A DNA stretch of 64,000 nucleotides from the human T2T-CHM13v2.0 reference genome, Homo sapiens. A program made the translations under genes and the position numbers. The stretch lies in assembly GCF_009914755.1 (NCBI RefSeq), contig NC_060947.1. The stretch is one strand, 5' to 3'. The number at the start of each line of letters is the position of its first letter. The first letter of the stretch is position 1. Shown piece by piece: positions 14,930-26,541 of the stretch. The notes below the pieces were generated by a model. It was not told the origin of the DNA and ran no database searches. It worked only from the letters and a program-made list of their open reading frames with translations.

Positions 14930-15200
14930 CTACTGGACCTTCTGTATTCCATGCGTACTCTTCCTTACTTCCGTATGGAGTAGTAGACTGATTTCATATT
15001 GATAGTCTGGGTCAGTTACCCAAGCCAACACTGTAACTCCCTTCTTAGCCTGTTGACTTAAAGATAGGAGCCCTAAGTGTAGAGGTGGCAATCTTAACTT
15101 CCAATTTAATGGAGTCGTTGTTGTGTCTCCTGGTGGCAGCAGTCCTCCCTCTGGAACTAAGACCTCTAGGCCAATAGAATATAATGTGGTAGGAACAGGA
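14930..15200 (-). pseudogene. dut: HERV-L dUTPase remnant, downstream of integrase
   Basis: 'GLEVLVPEGGLLPPGDTTTTPLNWKLRLPP...AKKGVTVLAWVTDPDYQYEI'. Confidence 0.85.
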
Positions 15201-17900
15201 AGCAAAAATTTTGCTAGTGGATCACTAGGAGTGATGGTGAGTGGTGCCACTTCCACTTCTACCCCTTGACTCCTGGACCCATGAATCCTGGCTATGGTAG
15301 AAACAGTACCATATATTGGATGCTGATTCAGAGCATACGCGGCCTTCTGGAGATCTTTATCCCAGACATGCAAAGTATTGTCACCGAGGTGGCATTGTAA
15401 CTGTGACTTCAGAAGGTCATTCCACCGTTATATCAATCCAGCTGCTTCAGGATAATTGGGAACACGGTATGACCAGTGAATTCCATGAGCATGAGCCCAT
15501 TGATTCACTTCTTTAGCAGTAAAGTGAGTGCCTTGGCCAGAGGCAATGCTGTGTGGAATACCATGACGATGGATAAGGCATTCCATGAGTCCACAGATGG
15601 TAGCCTTGGCAGATGCATTGTATGCAGGATAGGCAAACCCATATACAGAGTAAGTGTCTATATCAATAAGGACATACCTCTGCCTTTTTCATGATGGGAG
15701 AGGTCCAAAATAATCAACCTGTCACCAGGCTGATCACCATGAGGAATGGTGCCATATTAAGGACTCAAAGCTGATCTCTGCTGGTGGCAAATTGGGAACC
15801 CAGCAGTGGACATAGCCAAGTCAGCCTTGGTGAGTGGAAGTCCATATTTCTGAGCCCATGCATAACCTCCATTCCTGCCACCATGGCCACTTTGCTTATG
15901 GGTCCATTGGGCGATGACAGGCATAGCTGGGGAAAGAGTCTGAGTGGTGTCCACAGAATGGGTCATCCTATCCACTCGATTATTAAAATTCTTCTCTGCT
16001 GAGGTAACCCGTTGGGGAGCACACACATGGGATGCAAATATCTTCACAGTTTTTGACCGTTCAGAGAGGTCCATCCAAATACCTCTTCTCCAAATTTCTT
16101 TGTCACCATTTTTTCAATTATGCTTCTTCCAAGTTCCTGACCATCCAGATAAACCATTGGCTACAGCCCATGAATCAGTATATAATTGTACATCTGGCCA
16201 TTTCTCCTTCCATGCAAAGTGCACAACCAGGTGCACTGCTCGAGGTTCTGCCCATTGGAAAGATTTCCCTTCACCACTGTCCTTCAGGAATATCTTAGAA
16301 AGGGGCTGTAGTACTGCAACTCTCCACTTTTGAGTGGTGCCTGCATATCATGCAGAACCATCTTTGAAGCACGCAGTTCATGATAGGTAGCTCAGGTCGC
16401 TTGGTGACTTGATGACCAATAGTCACATGTTCAGTTTCCACCAAAGCTCAGTAACAGGCCAAGAGCTGTCTCTAAAAAGGAGGTCAGTTATCTGGAGAAG
16501 ATGGCACAGCCTTGCTCCAAAATCTTAGAGGCTTATGCTGTGATTCACCTACCTGCCAAAGGATCCAAACAACATCCCTATCTGCCACTGACACCTTAAG
16601 CACCAGTGAATCTGCCGGGTCATATGCCCCAAATGTCAGAGCAGCTTGCACAGCAGCCTGGACCTGGTGCAGAGCCTTCTCCTGTTCTGGACACCACTCA
16701 AAACTGGCAGCCTTTTGGGTCACTCGATAATTGGACCAGAGTAACACACCCAAATGAGCAGTGTGTTGCCTCTGAAATCCAAATAGCCCCACTAGCCCCA
16801 TTGTGCCTCTTTCTTGGTGGTAGGAGGGGCCAAATGCAGCAACTTATCCTTCATGTTAGAAGGAATATCTCAACAGGCTGCACACCATTGGACCCCTAGA
16901 AATTTTACTTAAGTAGGAGGTCCCTGGATTTTAGTCAGATTTATTTCCCATCCTCTGGCACACAAATGTCTCACCAATAAGTCCAGAGTGTTTGCTAATT
17001 TTGGCTCACTGGATCCAATCAGCATATTGTCATCAATGTAATGGACCAGTGTGATATCTTGTGGAAGCGAAAAGTGTCCAAGGTCTCTCCTAATAAGATT
17101 ATGACACAAAGCTGGAGAGTTAATATATCCCTGAGGTAGGACAGTAAAGGTATATTGCTGGCCTTGCCAGCTGAAGGCAAAATGTTTCTGGTGGGACTTA
17201 TGGACAGAAATGGAGAAAAAGCATTTGCCAAGTCAATGGCTGCATACCAGGTACCAGGAGATGCGTTAATTTGCTCTAGCAATGAAACCACATCTGGTAC
17301 AGCAGCTGCAATTGGAGTCACCACTTGGTTAAGCTTATGATAATTCACTGTCATTCTCCAATATCCATCTGTCTTCTGCACAGGCCAAGTGGGAGAGTTG
17401 AATTGGGATGTGATGGGAATCAATACCTCTATGTCTTTCAAATCCTTGATGGCGGCACTAACCTCAGCATTCCCACCAGGAATGTGATATTGTCTTTGAT
17501 GTATTACTTTCCTAGGTAGAGGCAGCTCTAACGGCTTCCATTTGGCCTTTCCCAACATAATGGCCATCACTCTATCAGTCAGGGAGCCAATGCGGGGGTT
17601 CTACCACACATTGATGCCACACATAGGAGCCTGCCCCCCCAGGAGCTTTTGGCAGGCCCCCATAGGCCCCCATCAGCTGCTAAGTATGTCTATGCCAATT
17701 ATGCATTCTGGCACTGGGAAATGACTATAGGATGAGTCCAGGTACCCACTGGATCCACAGTAAGTCAGATCTCAGCTAAAACTCCATTAATTACCTGACC
17801 TTCATAACCTCCTACTTTAACTGGAGGACCACAATGACATTTTGGTTCCCCTGGAATCAACGTCAACTCAGAACCAGTGTCCAGTAGTCCCCAAAATGTC
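15200..17900 (-). pseudogene. pol: HERV-L pro-pol (RT, RNase H, IN), frameshifted
   Basis: '[28 protein letters not shown]', '[11 protein letters not shown]', '[12 protein letters not shown]', 'WTHKQSGHGGRNGGYAWAQ'. Confidence 0.9.
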
Positions 17901-17949
17901 TGATAATTTTCCTTTCCCCATTGCACAGTTACATTGGTAAAAGGCCAGA

Positions 17950-19720
17950 GGTCTCCTCGGGGGAAGGATAGGAAAAAGATTCACTGCATAAAGTGTTGGT
18001 AATGTAGTGGAGTCCTTCCTCAAGGTGACCTAGCCTCCCCTTCATTCAAAGGGTTCTGGGTCTGTAAACTGGCTCAAGTCTGGAAATTGATTGAGGGGCA
18101 GTTTTGTTCATTCAACCTGGAAATTTTCTATTTTTATAATTTAAGTAGGAATGCAGTAGGCTTCCTATCAATTTCACTTCTAGGAACAGCATGATAAATT
18201 AGCCAATGCCAGAGCTCTACACAAGTCAGACTATTATGATTGTCACTTTGCCTCTGCTGTCCATTACGGTAGCTATACCCACCTTGCCTTTGACTGTTTA
18301 GTGTTGTCACATGGCCCCTGCCACCTCGGGATCCGATTATTCTCATTGTATTTAAATTTTGTAGTTGAGTGACTGTGATTTCCACTGTTAGATCTGACAT
18401 ACAGAGAAGAGCAATTACAGGGCTCTTCAAAGATGCAGGTCCTGCCCTCACAAATTTATTTCACAAGGTATTGGTCAAGGGTATATCTTCTGGACCCTCC
18501 CAGCTGAAATGAGTAGATCTAAAGTGACTAATTCACTCCAACATCCCAAACTCCCTAAGCCTTTAGATCTCTTCCTCTACATTAAACCAAGGGAGATCAC
18601 GCATTTCCAGCTTGCTCACAGTGTGCCATCTTTTAATCCATATTTTGGCTAATCAAGCAAATAAACTATTAGAACCTTTTTTAACTCCCTGAGCTGCAAC
18701 ATTAAATGCAACGTCCCTTCTTAGCGGGCCAAAATTAATAATTCAGCTTTATCCAACTCTATGTTCCTTCCACCATTATCCCATACCCTTAATATTCATT
18801 CCCATGCCTGTTCTCCAGATTTCTGTTCATATAAATTAGAGAACTCAAACAGTTCTTTTTGAGTGTAGCACACCTTCTCATGGGTCACACTCTAAACCTC
18901 ACCTCTAGGGGTCTGTCGAGACTTTGGTCTAGTTATAGGTCTAGAAACAAACGAGTGTTGGGGGTGGTTCCTGAGGAGGATCAACATAATTTTTCCTGGC
19001 AGCTGCCTCAGGGGAGGCCATCACTGTCGCCTCAGGCAGCACAGGGTTTGTCTCCTCAGACAAAGGTGGAAAGGCTGATGGCAGCACAGGTTGGGGAAGG
19101 GATGTTGCCACCACTGGGGATGGGAAACTGTTCCTTCCGGCAAAAACGGTTCATCAGAGTTTACAAACTCAGTGTCCCCAACTTCATCAGGGTCTTCCCA
19201 CACCTCCCCATTCCAAGATACAGGGTCCCATTCTTTTCCAATCATTTAACAGAAGACACCTGGCAAGGCTGTGCATGCACCTTTCATTGCAGGTCAGCCA
19301 CTTACATGATAAGCGCTCGTGTCTGTTTTTCCACAATTTCAGCTCTTTCTCTACTGGAAATAAGACTACCACTCAGGGCAATCTTAGCAGATTTGAGGCT
19401 ATCTGCTTCTGAAGCTGGGAGACAGAATTTCTGAGCTCATCATGTTTTTTTTTTTTTTCTTCATCAATTTGTCCACTGAACTTAGGAGCAACCAAACAGC
19501 TTCATTATATTCCTTGGTTCTCCACAGATGGTCAAAGGTATTATGTACAGAGTCACTAAACTCCCTGCCTCTCATGAGTGGTGAATCAGGAGTATCAAAT
19601 GCATTAATTTTGTATAACTCTCTAAGCAGTTTATGCCAAGGACTATCAGTATGCTCCATACTATTAGAAGTAGAGTCCTTAGCATTTTGGGGTCTAATCA
19701 TATTAAGCAGTCAACTCTAG
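17950..19720 (-). pseudogene. gag: HERV-L gag, frameshifted
   Basis: 'DSPWHKLLRELYKINAFD', 'IGKEWDPVSWNGEVWEDPDE', 'LTCVELWHWLIYHAVPRSEID'. Confidence 0.88.
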
Positions 19721-19773
19721 AAACCCCAAAACCAGTGAAAGAACTGTATCCTTAATATTCTGTTTCTCTAGAA

Positions 19774-19788
19774 CCACTCCTGGTACCA
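19774..19788 (-). other. Primer-binding site, tRNA-Leu
   Basis: The minus strand reads tggtaccaggagtgg, complementary to the tRNA-Leu(TAA) 3' end, next to the LTR. Confidence 0.8.
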
Positions 19789-19793
19789 AAATC

Positions 19794-19973
19794 TGTATTA
19801 GTCAGGGTTCTCTAGAGGGACAGAACTAATTTTATATATATATAGTAACATATGTGGTATATATGGTAACATATGTGGTATATGTGGTAACAAATTCTTA
19901 ATGTTTACTTGCCTGAAAAATAATTTATTTCTCCTTCTTTTATGAATCTTAGTTTACGTGAACATGAAATATA

Positions 19974-20020
<47 letters not shown>

Positions 20021-20467
20021 TTATTAAGTATTAACTTACATGATCATAAGGTCCCACAAGAGGCTGTCTGCAAGCATATATATATATGAGTTTATTAAGT
20101 ATTAACTTACATGATCACAAGGTCCCACAAGTGGCTGTCTGCAAGCTGAGGAGCAAGGAGAGCCAATCCGAGTCCCAAACTGAAGAACTCAAAGTTGGAT
20201 ATTCAAGGGCAGGAAGAATCCAGCAGGGGAGAAAGATGTAGGCTGGGAGGCTAAGCCAGTCTGGCTTTTTCACGTTTTTTCTACCTGCTTTATATTTGTT
20301 GACAGCTGTTTAGATTGTGCCCACCAGATTAAGGGTGGGTCTGCCTTCCCCGGCCCACTGACTCAAATGTTAATCTCCTTTGGCAACACCCTCACAGACA
20401 CACCCAAGGGATCATTACTTGGTATCCTTCAATCCAAACAAGTTGATACTCAGTATTCACTATCACA
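19794..20467 (-). mobile_element. MLT2A1-like 5' LTR of HERV-L, with a foreign insert and an internal duplication
   Basis: Plus strand runs 'tgtattagtcagggttctctagaggg'...'cactatcaca'. Roughly 90% similar by eye to the LTR at 13990-14370. Confidence 0.93.
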
Positions 20468-21235
20468 GGGCTATTGTTTTGGGAGAAATCGCAGTCAGAT
20501 TTTCTCTCAGGGGTCTATCTAAGGGTCCCCAGCAAAAGGGAGCCATCATCCAATTGCATGACCATTTTGAGTTTGGTGGCCCATCCCCCTTATTATTCTC
20601 CAAGCTGTGGACAGAGATCACTGGTTTGTTCACTCCTACAATTGTCAAAAGCTGCAAATAGCTCAAAAGAAAACTTCATTGACTCTGAAAAACAAAACAA
20701 AGATCAGCAATGTTCCAAGCAAAAAGTGAAGAAAACATTACTTCTATCTTCCATTAATTCAGTCCGCCCATTTAACTCCTGGTTACAATCTCCAAGGTTA
20801 TCAGAAACTTGCACTCAAGGACTGTAATCCATCTTTAGAAGAGGATCAAAACAAGACAACAATTGTCTGTGTTTGTCAAAGTGCCCTACGGTAATCACAC
20901 TAAAAAACACAATTGACAAAGAAATTTGTCCACCTCTGTGCTCTACAATATACTAACCCAATAACCCTAATTATAATTGATAACACATAGTCAGACATTT
21001 GGATTTTAGAAGTCCCATACAATTTTGGAACATACACCAACATTATTCACCAAAACATAACCTGAAGAAGACTAAATGCTATCTTTATCTTGACAATTCC
21101 ATAAATTAAACATGTTAAATAATTTTGTTTACCTCTCTTCTGGATGCTCCAGGAGTGAGAAAAGACAATTTTGAAGCTGAAATTTTATTTTGGGAAAGAT
21201 AAAATATGTTACAGATTTAAAACAGTTGATATTAA

Positions 21236-21616
<381 letters not shown>

Positions 21617-24399
21617 AAAAACCTTTACTTATTAAGAGGGAAGACTTAGCTTTCCAAACAATCTGTCTCTTGTCTTTTCCTTCTTTTTTTAATAGTTTGT
21701 TGCCAAGGAAAACAAAAATCTTCCATCATCCTTTAACATTACCTGAAAATCTTAATCAGTTTTACCACGAGGTAAGATTCTTATAGACTTTTTATAACCC
21801 TATACACATTTTTGTTAAATAGCAGGTCAGTGCCTCAAGATAACCTTGTTGTGCTTTGATTCTCAAGTTCAATTTACAGAAAAAGCCAATTGTACTCTTT
21901 TGAATGTAGTCAATATAAGTTTATTTAACATGGTTAATTTTTATAAACTTTCCACAATTTGTTCAGACCTTTAGCTTTTAAATAATCCTTTAACCATCTA
22001 AACTGAGGCAGAAATTTACATTCCCATCCCTTCTTATAATCTTTTACCAAAACCACATTTTACTCTTCTTACACACTTTGTATGTAAATTTATTTTCAGT
22101 AGTCTCAGTTACATATTACAGTGTTAACTCTCAGCAATGTTTAATTTTGGTGGAAAACCCGGTAAGTTATTTTAATTATGTATTGGGTGTGGATAAGGTC
22201 TGACGCTTTCCAGCATAGTTAGGAGAGTGGTTAACTCCAAATTTCCCCAGGCCTTACCAAACTGTAAAGCAGGCAAGTTGAACAGTTTTCAAAAGCCAAA
22301 AAAGCAGTTTATGATCTTAAAGCATTTAGCAAACCTAATTTGGACCACACATCTAAATTTTGAAGACAATTTTATTTTACCAATAATTTTAAAAACATTA
22401 TTTCTCAAAGATTAAAGTCATGTGAACTAAAAGGCATTACATTCTATTTTTCTTTAAGAGTATTTGATTTAAGTGCTTCTTTTTCCTTAAGCCAATCAGT
22501 TATAAATCTTTTATATAAACATCACACACATAACACATATATAACTACACAGACAGACAGAAGGGTATCCAGTAGTTGTAAGATTTTCTATGTGCCAATC
22601 TCTTAATTGAATTACTGGCCTCAGGGAGAAGCTCTTCAAGAAACATGTCTAGGAAAACATGCAGTTTCTAAGATTTAATAAGCAGGCATAGCTGATAGAC
22701 AAATCAGATTTTGAGAGGAATCCATCCATCTGTAATTCCTGGGGTTTTTTGAGGAAAACAGAGGTTTTTCCCAAACTGGGGTCAATGGCACCTTCTCCAT
22801 TTTCCCAAGGAGACCCAGGTCACCAGAAGTAATCCTGGAGCCCTTCATGTGTTCATGGCAAGACAAAAATGGAGAGAAATAATTAAGCTGATTGAGAATA
22901 AAAAATCTTTCTTTCAGAAAAACAAGATCCGCTAAGAGAAAAGACACAAAGCCTTTTTAAATATACCTACAGCTTGGATATCCATCTTTCATTAAGCTGA
23001 TTTTAACTATAACACTCCTTTTTTAAGAAGTCCTTTTAAATCTTTTATTACCCGACCATAGCCATGCCAAATGACCAATACTTTTGGCTTTTGAACTCAT
23101 GGAAGAAAAAATAATACAGTAAGTTTTACCATTCCTGCAACCAGTTTGCACAGAGAGAGAGAAGCCAGAAGTCTAACTGGTAAGAACTTTTACCCTTTTG
23201 CCAACATGTCAGCCTTCTGGGTTCTTTTCCCTGAAGCCATGGAGCCCTATTGCCCCTGGAGTCCTGTGAAGGGGGAACAGACAAATATAAATTGTTTATT
23301 ATCAAGATATTACCAAGAGGTTTGAGATTGGGAGAAATTAAAATCTACCCAGCTTGGGAGATCCATCCAAGGGGTGTGTCCTGTGGTATGGAGATATGAA
23401 GAGAGGACACAGGAGGAAAATAGGAAAAAAAAAACAAAAACTTTTTTTTTTCTTTTTTCAGGGTCTGAGGACCAAAAGAGTTCCAGTGTTTTAGGATGCA
23501 CTCAAGAGGAGTGGAGGCTGAAGATGGTTGGTTACCCATCTGGAAAGAGGGAAAAAGAGGCATCCCTTTTTTCTCTCTCTTTCCAGCAAACACCAAGGGT
23601 ATATTATGGGGATAAAAAAAGGCATCCTTATTTTTTCTTCTGACCTTATATCCCTGAGTCCTCACGACCTTTGCAGGTGACATCCCATGGGTGCAAGTGC
23701 AATCTTCACCTATGTAGCGTGGAGGCCTAATAGGTACGAATATTCACTTACCTACATGCCGCCCTATCCTCTCACTGTCGGTAACCTTTGGGTTTCCTAG
23801 ACCTTAACTATGTCATGGATGTGAGAATGACCTCAATCCATGAAGTGGGAGGTCCTAATAGGGAGGAATTAGTCATGCTTACCTGTACTCTATCCCTTGA
23901 CTCCCACTGTCATGTCTCAGGTCTAGCGTTCCATTTCAGGGCTTCAAACTAAACCTTTGGACAAAAAGTTGCCTCAGGAGGGTGTACGGCCCATTAAATT
24001 ACTTCCAGGTGGCCCTTGCCCAATTGCAGCTAGCAACTGGTGGGGGCCACTTCTCCATTGCCTCCCTATCATAAGCAGGTGGAGCTGTGGAACCAGGTCC
24101 TCCTTAAACAAGGGATATAAAGAGAGTCCTGGGAATCGGGAACCTGTCCTAATAAGATGTTTTCCAAAATGAAAAAACCTAACCCCTCACATAGAAAAGC
24201 TCTCTGTATTCACAGGACTATGTTGACTCCTGACATACTGGAAGAAGGAGAACTTAAGCGCAGCGGAGGGAAGGCACCTGGGGGAAAAAGTCTCTTGCCT
24301 TATGCAAATGGGTTCCTTCAACAGGGGAAAGAGAACAGTAAGAAAGAGGTCTCCCCAACTACAACAAGAGGTTAGAAAGTCTTTCCTAAGATGCCCCTC

Positions 24400-25850
24400 A
24401 GGGTCATGTCAAGAGAGGAGGGGTGCCTAGATAGGAGAATAGAACTGGAAGTCCCACTCTGGAGTCTAGGAGTAGTTCCACTCTCCTTCCATCAGCCCCC
24501 AGAATCACCCAGGGCTCCTGAACGGCAATGGCAGTCTGAACCACTGAAGATGGGGAGAGAAGCCCCACGGCCTGCTGTCCTGCTTGGAAGACCAACCCTG
24601 GACCCAGCGACCTGTGTTTCCAGGGATGGTCTGCCTTCCATTGGTCCCCATCACAAACTGGACAGGGTTGAGGTGTCTTCTCCCTGCTGACTGGACAGTC
24701 CCTCCTAAAATACCCTTGCCTGCCATATTTGCTGCAGTCAACAGGTGCATCACAGGGACTCTGAGGTCTGTCAGCCCACAAGATGGCTATTAGAGCCTCT
24801 GCCCTTTTCTTGCATCTCCCCTCTTTCTTCTAAATTTCCTCCCAGTTCCCACTACAAAAGACTGAGGTGGCCATTCTCAGGAGGCCCTCCAAAGTACCAT
24901 CTAGTCCCACAGCCCATTTCTGCAGCCACTTCCTGACATCAGAGGCTACTTGTGTGATAAAGTCATCCCCTAGGACTAGCTATACTTTACTGAATCAGCG
25001 GATAGAGAGTTGTGTTTTACCAAGGTCTCTCACAGACTTTTCAGGAAGGCAGTGGTATTATCGTCTAATCCCTGGTCTACCATAGTTAGCTTGGTGTAAT
25101 TCAGAGGCTTAATACTAGTCCTTCTTAAGCCCTCCAGTATACACATATGAAAGTGTTTCCTTTCCCATTCTCCTATTTTATTATTGGAGTCTAATTTAGA
25201 GTCTTTCAACGGTACTTCTATTCTTCCAATCAGATAAGTTTTATCCTCTTCCCTGGCCCTATAAGAGATACACAGCTCATTCTCAAAATTATCTGCTGCT
25301 TACAGGACAGCCTGCTTTTCAGTGGTAGTCAGGGTTTGATTCAAAGACATTCTTCCAAGGGAGTTCAAATATTTGGGGTAAGTTCTGGAAAGCCTCTGTA
25401 TACCTGTCAGGGCCATCTGAAAACTTGCCAAAATTTTCCTTAAGTCCCGTAGAGAAAAGAGGACCTGGCCCTTAATAAGGTTGTATTCACCAGGCATTTG
25501 TTGTAGGGACAGTTGAAACTGGGAACGGCCTAAAGCAAGGATTTCTAGGCTTAGGCAAGCTTAAGACAGAACCTGGATAGGGAGGAGCAAAGGGGGTTGA
25601 TTGCCCTGCTAGAGGTACCTCTGGTGTTTGCTTCCCTAATTCCTTGGAATTGCCCTTGCAGTCTCTCCTGAGATGGCTGCGAGGAGGGTTGAATCAATCC
25701 TACAACACTGGCAAAGGTCTAGTTCTGGATAACCCTGCAAGGCAAAGGCCCATACATATGGAACCTTGGACCATTTGCCCTTGCATTTACAGAAAATGTC
25801 CAGCTGTAGGATGGTATTGAAATTAATGCTTCCTTCTTGAAGCCATACTT
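24400..25850 (-). pseudogene. gag: Decayed HERV-W/ERV9-like gag-pro
   Basis: '[27 protein letters not shown]' (MA), 'VLFSLRDLRK' (CA start), 'CSKYGRQGYFRRDC...CPVCDGDQWKADH' (NC), 'RRVELLLDSRVG' (protease). Confidence 0.85.
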
Positions 25851-26520
25851 CTTTTTTTTTGCCTCAAGATGCTTGGCGCTATGTTGGAAACCTAGGAAAT
25901 GACAAGAACATTTCCACCACAAATTTATGTACAGATACCAAGGCACACTTTGCTTCATCTGTGCTACTCTTAATCTTCCATTTTATACTTTTGATGACTA
26001 AGCCAAATGCTTATTATACCCAGTAATATTATCTCTGTTGTTTGCAAAATTCTTAACATTGTATATAAAGAAGAGATAGAAGCCATGACAGCCATGAAAG
26101 GAAGGAAGGAAGGATGGAAGGAAGGAAGGGACAGACTGGAGGTCTTAGTGCCAACACCTTAACGGGTGGTCAGGGACAGGAGTTAGTCCGTGGGCTTTCG
26201 ATAACACTGAGGTGTAGCGTTGGCCAAATAACCTCAGTTACCCCAGGACCTTCTTTCTGGTCACATGTGACAGTTAGACCTCCATGAAGGGAAACTGATT
26301 GGAACAAAGCCAATGCTCCCAACACCCGAGGGTGATAGGGAATTGACAGTGTCCGCCCCAGCAAGTCTGTCTTATGTATCTTGAGTCCAGTAACCTCATC
26401 AGTTGCCATTAACTGGCTGACAGAGGCCAGGTATTTTTATTTCACGTTAGCTATTGTGGAGTTTAGGGAATCTGAATAAAGGAGAGAGCAGCAAGTCCAC
26501 TTTTACTCACCCTTCCACAG

Positions 26521-26538
26521 ATCCTGGACAAGCACAAA
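26521..26538 (-). other. Degenerate primer-binding site, tRNA-Pro-like
   Basis: Minus strand 'ttgtgcttgtccaggat' versus the Pro PBS TGGGGGCTCGTCCGGGAT, adjacent to the LTR end. Confidence 0.65.
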
Positions 26539-26541
26539 AAA

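Larger units (their letters stand above)
14371..19793 (-). mobile_element. HERV-L internal region (gag-pro-pol-dUTPase, no env), decayed
   Basis: Lies between two MLT2A LTRs, with PPT 'ggacaaggggtggact', a Leu PBS and recognisable ERVL ORF pieces. Confidence 0.95.

Noticed and set aside
18859-19434. 191-aa plus-strand ORF
   Set aside because: Antisense to HERV-L gag, non-ATG start, no independent coding evidence.
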